A stretch of DNA of 49,297 nucleotides from Actinomycetota bacterium (GTDB taxonomy: Bacteria; Actinomycetota; Thermoleophilia; Gaiellales; Gaiellaceae), in NCBI GenBank assembly GCA_005883965.1, contig VAWL01000069.1, positions 1 through 49,297 on the forward strand, written 5' to 3'. Below the pieces are notes generated by a model. That model made no database searches and was not told the origin of the DNA. It saw nothing but the letters and a program-made list of their open reading frames with translations. A program made the position numbers and the translations under genes. This document shows, in pieces, positions 14,753-25,900 of this stretch (its first letter is position 1; each line of letters starts with the position of its first letter).

Positions 14753-15745
14753 GTGGCCCAATCAGAGCGTCTGAGCGCCCCCGGCGACCTGCGTGCGAGG
14801 GTCGAGGAGCAGATCCGCCGTCACGACCTGATTCCGTCCGGCGGCGAGGTGCTCGCGCTCGTCTCCGGCGGGCCCGACTCGACCTGCCTCTGGCACGCGC
14901 TCCGCGAGCTCGGCTACCGCGTCTCGGCGCTCCATGTGAACCACGGGCTCCGCGGCGCCGAGTCGGACGAGGACGCCCGTTTCTGCCGCGAGGCCTTCGG
15001 CGCCGAAGTCGTCGAGGCTCCGCCGCCCGCGCGCCCGACCGAAGACGCGCTCCGCGAGCTCCGCTACTCCTTCGCCCGCGACCGACTGCGCGCCACGGGC
15101 CACACCGCCTCGGACCAGGTCGAGACCGTCCTCTACCGGCTCGTCTCCAGCGGCACGGCGAAGGGGATCAAGCCCCGGCGCGAGGACGGCGTCGTCCGCC
15201 CGCTGCTCACCCTCTGGCGCGAGGAGACCGAGGCGTACTGCGCCGCTGTCGGCCTCGATCCGCGCCATGACAGCACGAACCCCGAGACCGCCCGCGGCCT
15301 GATCCGCGACGAGATCCTCCCGCTCCTCCACCGGCTCCACCCGGGCGCCGAGCGGAACCTGCTGCGGCTGGCCGAAGAGCGCCCCTCGAAGCTCGATGCG
15401 CTGCTCGCAGCGCGCGAGGGCTCGAAGCGCGTCGACCTCGGCCAAGGGCTCACCGCCGTCCGTGAGTACGACCGCGTCTGGCTCGAGCAGACGCCCGTCG
15501 CCCTCGACCGCAGCGTTCGCTGGGGCGAGTGGCGCATCGAATCCGAGCTCCCAGGGCTTAAGGTACGAAGCTGGCGGCCCGGCGACCGGCTCGCAGGCCG
15601 CAGGAAGAAGGTGCAGGACGTGTTCGTCGACGCCAAGATCCCGCGATCGGAACGAGAAGCCTGGCCCCTGGTCGTTCGCGGCAGCGAGGTCGTCGCCGTG
15701 CCCGGCCTGGTCGACGCCCCGGGGATCAAGGCGACGCGGCAATGA
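14753..15745 (+). CDS. tilS: tRNA(Ile)-lysidine synthase
   Basis: PP-loop LALVSGGPDSTC, followed by VNHGLRG. It has the conserved position upstream of hpt and ftsH. Confidence 0.9.
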   Translation: MAQSERLSAPGDLRARVEEQIRRHDLIPSGGEVLALVSGGPDSTCLWHALRELGYRVSALHVNHGLRGAESDEDARFCREAFGAEVVEAPPPARPTEDALRELRYSFARDRLRATGHTASDQVETVLYRLVSSGTAKGIKPRREDGVVRPLLTLWREETEAYCAAVGLDPRHDSTNPETARGLIRDEILPLLHRLHPGAERNLLRLAEERPSKLDALLAAREGSKRVDLGQGLTAVREYDRVWLEQTPVALDRSVRWGEWRIESELPGLKVRSWRPGDRLAGRRKKVQDVFVDAKIPRSEREAWPLVVRGSEVVAVPGLVDAPGIKATRQ

Positions 15746-15885
15746 GCGTAGGCTCGACGGAGCTCATCGGCGGCGTAGGCTCGACGGAGCCGCCCAAGAG
15801 CGGAGGCCGCGGCTTCGCCGTGGCCGGGAGCGGGATCAGGGAGCGGAGGTGCCGGCTTTGCCGGCGCCGGGAGCGGGACGCGTGA
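15742..15885 (+). CDS. candidate 47-codon linker micro-ORF between tilS and hpt
   Basis: Hand translation gives MSVGSTELIGGVGSTEPPKSGGRGFAVAGSGIRERRCRLCRRRERDA. Its ATG overlaps the tilS stop (ATGA, 15742-15745) and its TGA overlaps the hpt GTG (GTGA, 15882-15885). By hand count 42 of 46 third positions are G/C. Confidence 0.35.
   Translation: MSVGSTELIGGVGSTEPPKSGGRGFAVAGSGIRERRCRLCRRRERDA
15746..15883. repeat. two local tandem duplications filling the tilS-hpt spacer
   Basis: An 18-mer GCGTAGGCTCGACGGAGC occurs at 15746-15763 and 15773-15790. A ~43-bp unit starting GAGCGGAGG and ending GCCGGGAGCGGGA occurs at 15798 and 15841 (about 34 of 43 identical by hand alignment). Confidence 0.8.
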
Positions 15886-16442
15886 GTCAAACGGAGCTCG
15901 AGCGCGCGGTGGGCGAGGTCCTGATCGACGAGGACACCCTGAGGACGCGCGTAGCCGAGCTCGGCGCCGAGGTCTCCGGCGACTACGAGGGGCGCGACCT
16001 GCTCCTGATCGGCGTGCTCAAGGGCGCCGTCTTCTTCATGGCCGATCTGATGCGGCACATCACCGTGCCCTGCGAGGTCGACTTCATGGCCATCTCGAGC
16101 TACGGCGACTCGACCGACACCTCCGGGATCGTCCGCATCCTCAAGGACCTTGACATCAACATCGAAGGCCGCGACGTGCTCGTGGTCGAGGACATCATCG
16201 ACTCCGGCCTGACGCTCTCGTACCTGATGCGCAACCTCGAGTCGCGCGAGCCCGCGTCGCTCGAGATCTGCGCGCTGATGACCAAGCCGTCGCGGCGCCA
16301 GATCGACGTTCCGGTGCGCTACATCGGCTTCGAGATCCCCGATCGCTTCGTGGTCGGCTACGGCCTCGACCTCGCCGAGCGCTACCGCAACCTGCCGTAC
16401 GTCGCGGTTCTCGCCTCCGACCTGCAACCCGCCGAGATTTAG
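15882..16442 (+). CDS. hpt: hypoxanthine phosphoribosyltransferase
   Basis: PRPP motif VLVVEDIIDSGLTLSYL, plus GVLKGAVFFMADL and FVVGYGLDLAERYRNLPYV. GTG at 15882 is preferred; in-frame GTG 15849 and TTG 15858 are alternatives. Confidence 0.9.
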   Translation: MSQTELERAVGEVLIDEDTLRTRVAELGAEVSGDYEGRDLLLIGVLKGAVFFMADLMRHITVPCEVDFMAISSYGDSTDTSGIVRILKDLDINIEGRDVLVVEDIIDSGLTLSYLMRNLESREPASLEICALMTKPSRRQIDVPVRYIGFEIPDRFVVGYGLDLAERYRNLPYVAVLASDLQPAEI

Positions 16443-16505
16443 ACCCAGGCTGCGCGGGAACTGTGGGATTCATGCCCGCTGGTACCCTTTGCCGATAGAG
16501 GGCCC

Positions 16506-18454
<1,949 letters not shown>

Positions 18455-18458
<4 letters not shown>

Positions 18459-19122
18459 CGGAAAAAGCGCGCGACATCTGGGCGGAGTGGCTCGCCGTCC
18501 ATCGCTACGGCGGCGATCCGGCGGTTCGCGAGCGGATGCGAGACGGCCTGGCACACGTGCGCGAGAAGGTGCTCGACCGGGCGTGGCTCGCGGAGGGCGA
18601 GACGCTGCCCGACGTCGGCTGCGGCGAGGGGATGATCGGCTTCGGCGCGCTGGAGCGGGGCGCGGGGCACGTCGTGTTCTCGGACATCTCGGACGATTTG
18701 CTCGACTTTTGCCGCGAGGCGGCCGATGGCCTCGGCGTCTCCGAGCGCTGCAGCTTCGTCAACGCCGGCGCCGACGCCCTCGTGGGAGTCGACGACGCGA
18801 GCGCTACGCGGAGATCCAGCCGCCGAGCGACCCGATGCTCGACTTCGACGAGCGCGACCTGATGCGGTTCGCCGAGAAGGGCGGCTTCTTCCCGATCGAG
18901 CTCGAACTCGAGGCTGAGATCCGGGCGATGGAGCCAACGCCGTTGGACGCGTTTCTGAACAGGTCGGGCAACCCGAGAATCCCCACGATTGCCGAGGCGA
19001 TGGACCAAGCGCTCACGCCGGAGGAGCGGGAGCGGTTTGCGGCCCACCTCCGGAGGGTTGTCGAAGAGGGCAAGGGCGTCTCCCGCATGGCCAGCGCGTA
19101 CCTCACGGCGACGAAGCCCTAG
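18455..19122 (+). pseudogene. class I SAM-dependent methyltransferase, disrupted (frame change plus apparent internal deletion near 18800)
   Basis: The N-terminal part is in one frame (WAEWLAVHRYGGDPAVRERMRDGLAHVREKVLDRAWLAEGETLPDVGCGEGMIGFGALERGAGHVVFSDISDDLL...GVDDAS). The C-terminal part is in another (YAEIQPPSDPMLDFDERDLMRFAEKGGFFPIELELEAEI...). The motif II/III region expected between them is missing. There is no canonical start for the upstream-extended frame; CTG at 18455 overlaps the ftsH TGA. Confidence 0.65.
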
Positions 19123-20873
19123 GCCCCGGCGGTGACGCCGGCTTGCCAGCTGGCCCACAAGCGGGCGTAGCGCTCGCCTTGGCGGACCAGCTCGTCGTGG
19201 CTCGCGACCTCGACGACCTCGCCGGCGTCCATCACGACGACGCGGTCGGCTCGCTCGGCGGTCGAGAGGCGGTGGGCGATCGTGATCACGGTGCGGCCGG
19301 CGGCCACCGCGGCGAGCGCGAGCTCGACCTCCGCCTCGGTTGCCGGGTCGAGGCTCGATGTGGCCTCATCGAGGACGATCACCGTCGGGTCGGCAAGCGC
19401 GACGCGCGCAATCCCGACCAGCTGCCGCTCGCCTGCTGAGAGGCGCACCCCGCGCGTCTGCACGTCGGTTCTGATCCCACTTGGCAGCGACTCGAACCGT
19501 TCGCGGGCGCCGATCTCGTCGAGCGCGCGCAGTACCTCGTCGTCGGTGGCTTCGGGCCGTGCAAGGCGTACGTTGTCGGCGATCGTCCCGCTGAAGAGGT
19601 GCCCTTCCTGCGGCAGGAGGACGATCCGCCGCCGGAGCGACTCGAGCGTCCCCTCGCGCAGATCGACGCCGCCGAGCGCGATCGAGCCGCTGCTGGGGTC
19701 GTACTGCCGCGTCAGCAGCTTCGCCAACGTCGACTTGCCCGCGCCGGTGACACCGACCAGCGCCGCGTGCTCGCCGGAAGCGAACTCGAGCGAGACTCCG
19801 CGCACGACGGGCGGCCCGTCGTCGTAGCCGAACGTCACGTCGCGCAGCTCGACCCGCCCGTCGTCCGGAAGCTCGACCGCTCCGGGCCGCTCGACGATCC
19901 TGGCCTTGACGCGGAGCAGCCCGACCACCTTCCCGAGTGCCGCCAGTCCTTGCCGGAACTCGCCGAGCCACTCGCTGAACCGCGCGATCGGATCGAACAG
20001 CTGGACAAGGTAGAGAACGTAGGCAGCGATCGTCCCCTCGCTGATCGACCCGTTCCGGTACATCGACGCCGCCGTCAGCAGCACAGCGACGAGCGCCGTC
20101 GTCTGCGCGAGCGGGATCATCGTGAACAGGCGGATATTCACGAAGGAGGCGCGGCGCCAGGCGCCGATCTGGGCGCGGCTCCTCGGCCGGTAGTCCTCGA
20201 GCGTGCGGCTCTCGCGCCGGAACGCCTGTACCACGCGCACCCCGGAGAGGCCCTCCTGCAGTACGGTCAGCGTCTCGGCCACCCGGTCGCGGATCGCGTG
20301 GTACGCGCGACCCGCTCCGTGGTGGAAGGCCCAGCTCGAGGCGATCAGGACCGGCAGCGCCACGAGCGAGACGAGCGCGAGCTTCGGCGAGAGGACGACG
20401 AGCACCGCCACCGTCAGCGCGATCTGCAGCCCGCTGCCGACGACCTCGACCAACGCCTCCCGGAGGAACTCGTCGAGGGCCTGCACGTCCGAGGTCAGCC
20501 GCGAGACGAGCACGCCGGTGCGCTCCTGCTCGAAGAAGCCGAGCGGCAGCGCCTGCAGCTTGTCGAAGGCCGCTCCGCGCAGCCGGTCGAGGAAGGTCTC
20601 GCTCGCGGTCGCGGCCAGCAGGGTCTGCGCGCGCACGACGAGCGGCTTCAGGACCGCGAGGCCCAGCAGCGTCAGGGCGGCCACGTTCAGCGGGTGCAGG
20701 TCGTGCTTCTTGATGCCGTGGTCGATCGCGTACTTGACGAGCGCCGGCCCGGCGAGCGTGATCAGTGTCGAGACGATCACCGCGACGCCGGCGCCGAGGT
20801 AGAGCCGCTGCACCGGCCGCAGGAACGGCTGCGACTCCCACCAGACCTCGCGCGTGGAGGCTCGCTCCATCAT
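19119..20873 (-). CDS. ABC exporter, fused permease/ATPase (type I, MdlB/MsbA-like)
   Basis: 584 aa. Six-helix TMD, then Walker A GVTGAGKST, signature LSAGERQ, and Walker B IVLDEATSSLD. Confidence 0.9.
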   Translation of the reverse strand: MMERASTREVWWESQPFLRPVQRLYLGAGVAVIVSTLITLAGPALVKYAIDHGIKKHDLHPLNVAALTLLGLAVLKPLVVRAQTLLAATASETFLDRLRGAAFDKLQALPLGFFEQERTGVLVSRLTSDVQALDEFLREALVEVVGSGLQIALTVAVLVVLSPKLALVSLVALPVLIASSWAFHHGAGRAYHAIRDRVAETLTVLQEGLSGVRVVQAFRRESRTLEDYRPRSRAQIGAWRRASFVNIRLFTMIPLAQTTALVAVLLTAASMYRNGSISEGTIAAYVLYLVQLFDPIARFSEWLGEFRQGLAALGKVVGLLRVKARIVERPGAVELPDDGRVELRDVTFGYDDGPPVVRGVSLEFASGEHAALVGVTGAGKSTLAKLLTRQYDPSSGSIALGGVDLREGTLESLRRRIVLLPQEGHLFSGTIADNVRLARPEATDDEVLRALDEIGARERFESLPSGIRTDVQTRGVRLSAGERQLVGIARVALADPTVIVLDEATSSLDPATEAEVELALAAVAAGRTVITIAHRLSTAERADRVVVMDAGEVVEVASHDELVRQGERYARLWASWQAGVTAGA

Positions 20874-22612
20874 GCTGCGACCTCATCCAGGGCGAGCAGG
20901 GCCCGGTAGCGGGCCGACTGCCGCAGCAGCGCCTCGTGCGTGTCCAGCTCGACGATCCGCCCGCCCTCGAGCACGGCGACGCGGTCGGCGAGCGCGATCG
21001 TCGCCGGCCGGTGCGCGATCACCAGGGTCGTGCGGCCCCGCATCACCTCGGCCAGCGCGGCACGGATCTCGTGCTCCTTGGTCGCGTCGACAGCCGAGGT
21101 CGCGTCGTCCAGGACGAGCACGGCGGGGTCGGCCAGGATCGCTCGCGCGATCGCGATCCGCTGCCGCTGCCCGCCGGAGAGCGAGAAGCCGCGCTCGCCG
21201 AGCACCGTCTCGTAGCCGTCGGGCAGGCCGCCGATGAACGCCGCCGCGCCTGCGAGCTCCGCCGCCCGCTGTACGTCCTCGTCGCTCGCATCCGGCCGGC
21301 CGACGCGGATGTTCTCCCGCACGCTCTCGCTGAACAGGAAGGTCTCCTCGAAGACGAGGGCCACCGCGCGCCGGACGTCGTCCAGCCGCAGTTCTCGCAG
21401 GTCGTGCCCGTCGAGCAGGACGCGGCCGTCCTCCGGGTCGTACAGGCGCGCCAGCAGCCCGGCGACGGTGCTCTTGCCAGAGCCGGTCGCGCCAACCAGA
21501 GCCAGCGACTCGCCCGGCGCGACGTGCAGGTCGAGCCCGTCGAGCACGAAGCGGTCGCCTTCGTGCCCGAAGCGAACGCCCTCGAGCCGGATGTCGCCCT
21601 GCGCGCCCAGCTCCACCGGGTGACGCGGTTCCCGCAGCTGGGGCTCGGCTTCGAGCACCTCGGTGATCCGGCTGCTCGCGGCCAGCGCCTTCTGCAGCGT
21701 GGTCACGCGCTGGCCGAGCACGCGCAGCGGCCACACCAGCATCACCACGTAGGCGTTGAAGGCCACGAACGAGCCGACGCTCAGGCCGCCGTCGATCACA
21801 CTGCGGCCGCCGAACCAGAGCACCGTCGCGATCCCGAGCAGCGGCAGCGTCTCGAGCGCCGGGATGAAGATTGCGTCGAGCCGCGCCAGGTGCAGCGCGC
21901 GGTCCTTGATCTGGGCGCTGCGCCCACGGAAGGTCGCCGAGAGCGCGCCGCCGGCGCCGAGCCCTTTGACCACGCGCACGCCGCTGACGGTCTCCTCGAC
22001 GAGCGTCGAGGCTTGGGCCCACGACTCCTGCAGTTCCCGCGTGCCGCGCTCGTAACGGCGCGAGTAGAGCCACGCGCCGACGCTGACGAACGGCACCGGC
22101 ACGAGCACGATCAGCGCGAGCTGCGGGTCGAGGATCAGCATCACGATCGCGACCGCGACCACGGTCAGCGCGTAGCCGATCGTGTGGCCGATCGCGTCCA
22201 TCATCCGTGCCAGGTGCAGCGAGTCGGACGAGGCGCGGCTCAGCAGCTCGCCCGGGCCGACCTGGTCGTGATAGGCGGCGTCGAGCCGCAGGGCGTGCGC
22301 GAAGATCGCGTCTCGCACGCGCGCGTCGGTGTGCGCGCGGTTGCGGATCGCGTAGAGGTGCCGGAAGGCGCCCGCGCAGACCTCCAGCAGGCCGACCCCG
22401 GCCAGCACGAGCAACCAGAGCAGCAGGGCCCCGTGGTCGTGCGGGACGATCCCGTGGTCGATCGCGTACTTGACGACGAGCGGCGCGGCCACGGCGCCCG
22501 TCTGCCAGAGCAGCCCGGAGACGACGGCGCCGCTGACGCCGTAGGGCTGCGCACGGACGATCGCGCGCACGAATCGCCACGCAGAGGCGCGACGTGCCTC
22601 CAGTTCCCCCAT
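20870..22612 (-). CDS. ABC exporter, fused permease/ATPase (partner of the downstream gene)
   Basis: 580 aa. Walker A GATGSGKST, signature LSGGQRQR, Walker B LVLDDATSAVD. A 4-nt ATGA overlap with the downstream ABC gene suggests a heterodimeric pair. Confidence 0.9.
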   Translation of the reverse strand: MGELEARRASAWRFVRAIVRAQPYGVSGAVVSGLLWQTGAVAAPLVVKYAIDHGIVPHDHGALLLWLLVLAGVGLLEVCAGAFRHLYAIRNRAHTDARVRDAIFAHALRLDAAYHDQVGPGELLSRASSDSLHLARMMDAIGHTIGYALTVVAVAIVMLILDPQLALIVLVPVPFVSVGAWLYSRRYERGTRELQESWAQASTLVEETVSGVRVVKGLGAGGALSATFRGRSAQIKDRALHLARLDAIFIPALETLPLLGIATVLWFGGRSVIDGGLSVGSFVAFNAYVVMLVWPLRVLGQRVTTLQKALAASSRITEVLEAEPQLREPRHPVELGAQGDIRLEGVRFGHEGDRFVLDGLDLHVAPGESLALVGATGSGKSTVAGLLARLYDPEDGRVLLDGHDLRELRLDDVRRAVALVFEETFLFSESVRENIRVGRPDASDEDVQRAAELAGAAAFIGGLPDGYETVLGERGFSLSGGQRQRIAIARAILADPAVLVLDDATSAVDATKEHEIRAALAEVMRGRTTLVIAHRPATIALADRVAVLEGGRIVELDTHEALLRQSARYRALLALDEVAA

Positions 22613-22631
22613 GGCCCTAACCTACCGACGG

Positions 22632-23450
22632 ATGAGATCGGCAATCGAGCAGCGGTTCCCGCGCCCGTCAGTGATGGGTGTGGTCAACGTTACGCCGGAT
22701 TCGTTCTCGGACGGCGGCGTCAACCTCGACCCGGAGGCCGCGGCGGCTGCGGCGCGCCGGATGGCCGAGGAGGGCGCGGCGATCGTGGACGTCGGCGGCG
22801 AGTCGACCCGGCCCGGCTCGGAGGGCGTCGGCATCGAGGAGGAGCTGAGGCGCGTCGTGCCGGTGCTCGAGCGGCTCGGCGGCGAGGTTCCCGTCTCGAT
22901 CGACACCTCGAAGGCGGAGGTCGCCCACGCGGCGCTCGGCCTGGGCGTGGAGCTCGTCAACGACGTCACCGCCCTTCGGGGCGACCCCGGGCTGGCCGGC
23001 GTCGTCGCCGACTCCGGCGCCTACCTGTGCCTGATGCACATGCTCGGCGAGCCGCGGACGATGCAGCGCGACCCGCGCTACGACGACGTGGTCTCGGAGG
23101 TCGCCGCCTTCCTCGAGGGACGGCTGCGCTTCGCCGTCGACTCGGGGATCCCGGAGGAGCTGGTCTGCCTCGACCCCGGGATCGGCTTCGGCAAGACGGT
23201 CGAGCACAACTTCGAGCTGGTGCGCCGCCTGGACGAGCTCACCGCGCTCGGCCGGCCGGTCGTGGTCGGCTTCTCGCGCAAGAGCTCGCTCGGCAGGCTG
23301 CTCGGCGACCCCGAGGCGACCACCGGCTCGGTCGCCGCCAGTGTCGGCGCCGCCGTCGCCGCCTACGAGCGCGGGGCCACGATCCTCCGCGTCCACGACG
23401 TCCGCGAGCACGTGGAGGCCCTGACCGCCGCCGCGGCCGCGCTCGGATGA
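22632..23450 (+). CDS. folP: dihydropteroate synthase
   Basis: Motifs seen: VMGVVNVTPDSFSDGG, DVGGESTRPG, DPGIGFGK. The start is ambiguous: the ATG at 22611 would overlap the divergent ABC start codon (shared CATG), while the ATG at 22632 is also in frame. Confidence 0.9.
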   Translation: MRSAIEQRFPRPSVMGVVNVTPDSFSDGGVNLDPEAAAAAARRMAEEGAAIVDVGGESTRPGSEGVGIEEELRRVVPVLERLGGEVPVSIDTSKAEVAHAALGLGVELVNDVTALRGDPGLAGVVADSGAYLCLMHMLGEPRTMQRDPRYDDVVSEVAAFLEGRLRFAVDSGIPEELVCLDPGIGFGKTVEHNFELVRRLDELTALGRPVVVGFSRKSSLGRLLGDPEATTGSVAASVGAAVAAYERGATILRVHDVREHVEALTAAAAALG

Positions 23451-23800
23451 CCGTCGTCGTGGAGCTGCGCGGGCTCGAGATCCGCGGCCGCCACGGCGCC
23501 GAGCCGGAGGAGCGCGAGCAGGAGCAGCCGTTCCTCTACGACGTCGAGCTCGAGCTGCCCGAGCCGGCCGAGGACAAGCTCCAGGAGACCGTCGACTACC
23601 GCGAGGTGGTCGCGCTCATCCGGGAAGTTTCCAGCGAACGGCAGTTCATGCTGCTCGAGACGATCGCTGCCGCGGTCGCCGACGCACTGCTCGAACGCTT
23701 CCCGGCGGGGCGAGTACGTGTGCGCGTGCGCAAGCCCGAGGTACGGCTCACGGCGCCGGTAGAGCACGCCGCGGCTAGCGTCGAGCGGTCGCGATCCTGA
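23447..23800 (+). CDS. folB: dihydroneopterin aldolase
   Basis: MTVVVELRGLEIRGRHGAEPEEREQEQPFLYDVELE...TVDYREVV matches the FolB pattern. ATGA overlap with the folP stop. It is only the last 117 codons of the spurious 1011-aa track ORF. Confidence 0.85.
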   Translation: MTVVVELRGLEIRGRHGAEPEEREQEQPFLYDVELELPEPAEDKLQETVDYREVVALIREVSSERQFMLLETIAAAVADALLERFPAGRVRVRVRKPEVRLTAPVEHAAASVERSRS

Positions 23801-25391
23801 CCGAGTAGCTCGCCGCGGCGACGTTCTTGCCGAGGGAGACGTCGACGTAGACGTACTGGCCAACGCTGCGCGCGGCGACGACGACGCGCTCGGTCTTGCT
23901 GCCGCGCCGCGCGGAGACGCCGAGCAGGTCGCGCTGCGCCGCCGCGCCGCGCTCGAACACGGTGCGCGTTTTCCGTCCCCAGACCTCGAGGTTGGCGTTT
24001 CCCTTCGTCGGCACGGTCACGATCAGCTTCCCCTTTGCCGGGAGGTACGCGCGGTAGACGTCCTCGGGATCCTCGGAGCGCTCGAGGTGGGCCGGCAGCA
24101 CACGGTTCGCGCGCCCCGGAGCGGTCAGCGGTGGCTGCCCGGCCGGCAGGAGCCCGTGCGGCTCGACGAGGAAGACGTCCTCGTTCGGCTCCTCGGGGTC
24201 GGGCGCCGGGGCCTTCCGGGCCAGCGAGGCAGGGACGTCGAGGATCCCGTAGCCGGTGCTCGCGTTCCACCCACGCTTGCCGACGTGGTGGGCCGACCGG
24301 CGCATCACCTCGAAGAGCTGCGAGTTGGTCAGCTTCGGGCGCAGCGTCCAGACAGCGGCGGACGCGCCGGAGACGAGCGGGGCCGAGAAGCTGGTCCCGT
24401 CGAGTGTCTCGTACGGGTTGCCCGGCGACGGCTCCCAGATCGACGGCACGGCGACCGGGATGTCCTGGCCCGGCGCTGCGAGGTCCATGTGCGACGAGAT
24501 GCTCGAGAAGTTCGTTGGCCGGTCGCCTTCGTTCGTGGCGCCGATCGTGAGCACGTGCGCGAACGAGGCCGGGTACGAAGCTGGGCTGCCGAACATGCGG
24601 TCGTTTCCGGCCGACGCCACGACCAGCGACCCTTCGGCAAAGGTGCGCAGGATCGCGTGCTCCTCGACCGCGAGGTGGTCGGCGCCGCCGAGGCTGAGGT
24701 TGACGACGCCAGGCCCGTGGGCCCTGGCCGCTGCGAGGCCGGCGATCTCGTCGCCGACGGTCAGCACGCCGCCTGGGCTCGCGTCCCAGAGCTGGAGCTT
24801 GGCCTGCGGGTAGATGCCGCCGAGGCCGGTGCCGTTGAGCTGGGCGCCGACCACGGACGACGTCGCCGTGCCATGAGCCTCCTCGAAGCTGGACGAGAAG
24901 GTCTGGAGGTTCAGCGCCGTCGTGTTCGGCCGGCCGGCGAACTCCGGGTGCGACAGATCGGCGCCCGAGTCGATCATCGTCACCGGCAAGCCGGGGCCCG
25001 GAGGTGTCCAGGCATCCGCGTGGACATGATGGAGCCACCATTCGGCGTCGCAGAGCGGGTCGGTGCAGTAGCCGACCGCCTGTGTGGCCTCGCTGCGAAG
25101 AGGTAGGTCAGGCGTCACCGAGGTGACGAGGCCCTGCGCGCGCAGGGCCGGCAGGAGGCGCGCCGCCGCCGCGCTCGGCATGCGCCAGAGGCCGAGCTGC
25201 GCGTCGATCTCGCGCGCGCCGGAAGCCTGCAGCGAGAACTCGGCGCTGCCGACTCGCATGCGATCGAGGCCGACGATCGTCCGCGGGTAGGCCAGAAGGG
25301 TCTGCAGCGGCGCCGGGCCGGAGCCGGCCGTGATCGCGTGCCCAGCATGGAACGGCAGGACAAGCGAGGCGATGAGAGCGACCCCGCGCAC
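23775..25391 (-). CDS. secreted S8 (subtilisin-like) serine peptidase
   Basis: Catalytic triad contexts VTMIDSGADLSHPEF (Asp), HGTATSSVVGA (His) and GTSFSAPLVSGASAAVW (Ser). GTG at 25391 gives the signal peptide MRGVALIASLVLPFHAGHA. Upstream in-frame GTGs at 25403 and 25439 are alternatives. Confidence 0.85.
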   Translation of the reverse strand: MRGVALIASLVLPFHAGHAITAGSGPAPLQTLLAYPRTIVGLDRMRVGSAEFSLQASGAREIDAQLGLWRMPSAAAARLLPALRAQGLVTSVTPDLPLRSEATQAVGYCTDPLCDAEWWLHHVHADAWTPPGPGLPVTMIDSGADLSHPEFAGRPNTTALNLQTFSSSFEEAHGTATSSVVGAQLNGTGLGGIYPQAKLQLWDASPGGVLTVGDEIAGLAAARAHGPGVVNLSLGGADHLAVEEHAILRTFAEGSLVVASAGNDRMFGSPASYPASFAHVLTIGATNEGDRPTNFSSISSHMDLAAPGQDIPVAVPSIWEPSPGNPYETLDGTSFSAPLVSGASAAVWTLRPKLTNSQLFEVMRRSAHHVGKRGWNASTGYGILDVPASLARKAPAPDPEEPNEDVFLVEPHGLLPAGQPPLTAPGRANRVLPAHLERSEDPEDVYRAYLPAKGKLIVTVPTKGNANLEVWGRKTRTVFERGAAAQRDLLGVSARRGSKTERVVVAARSVGQYVYVDVSLGKNVAAASYSVRIATARR

Positions 25392-25431
25392 GTGCGCCGA
25401 CACGGTAGCTGCAACCTGGACAATCCGAGAG

Positions 25432-25893
25432 ATGGCCACCGCCTACGTCGGAATCGGCTCGAACCTCGGCGAGCCCGAGCGGCAGATCGAGCAGGCGCTC
25501 GAGCTCCTGGCCGCGGAGGACGGGATCGAGCTGCGCGCGGTCTCGACGCTGCGCTGGACCGATCCGGTTGGCTATCGCGACCAGCCGCGCTTCCTCAACG
25601 GGGCTGCCGAGGTCGAGACCTCACTGGGCGCCCGTGACCTGCTCGGGCGCCTGTTCGAGATCGAGCGCCACCTGGGCCGCGAGCGGAGCGAGGGCCCGCG
25701 CTTCGGCCCGCGCACGATCGACCTCGACCTGCTCGTCTACGGCGATTCCGTGGTCGACGAGCCCGGGCTGACCGTCCCGCATCCGCGCCTCGCGGAGCGC
25801 CGTTTCGCGCTCGAGCCGCTGGCCGAGCTGGCTCCGGAGCTGGTGATTCCTGGCGCCGGCCCGGTGCCGGCCTTGTTGGCAGGGCTACAATGA
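25432..25893 (+). CDS. folK: 2-amino-4-hydroxy-6-hydroxymethyldihydropteridine diphosphokinase
   Basis: MATAYVGIGSNLGEPERQIEQALELL..., then RTIDLDLLVYGD and VPHPRLAERRFALEPL. This is a canonical HPPK. Confidence 0.9.
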   Translation: MATAYVGIGSNLGEPERQIEQALELLAAEDGIELRAVSTLRWTDPVGYRDQPRFLNGAAEVETSLGARDLLGRLFEIERHLGRERSEGPRFGPRTIDLDLLVYGDSVVDEPGLTVPHPRLAERRFALEPLAELAPELVIPGAGPVPALLAGLQ

Positions 25894-25900
25894 TCCCCTC

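Noticed and set aside
18459-22631. Search for a hidden folE (GTP cyclohydrolase I) between ftsH and folP
   Set aside because: No frame in this interval shows the conserved GTP cyclohydrolase I features. All coding capacity is accounted for by the broken methyltransferase and the two ABC exporter genes.
20765-23800. 1011-aa track ORF
   Set aside because: Only its last 117 codons (23447-23800, folB) look like real protein. The rest is antisense to the ABC exporter gene and out of frame with folP, with an Arg/Gly/Asp-rich junk composition.
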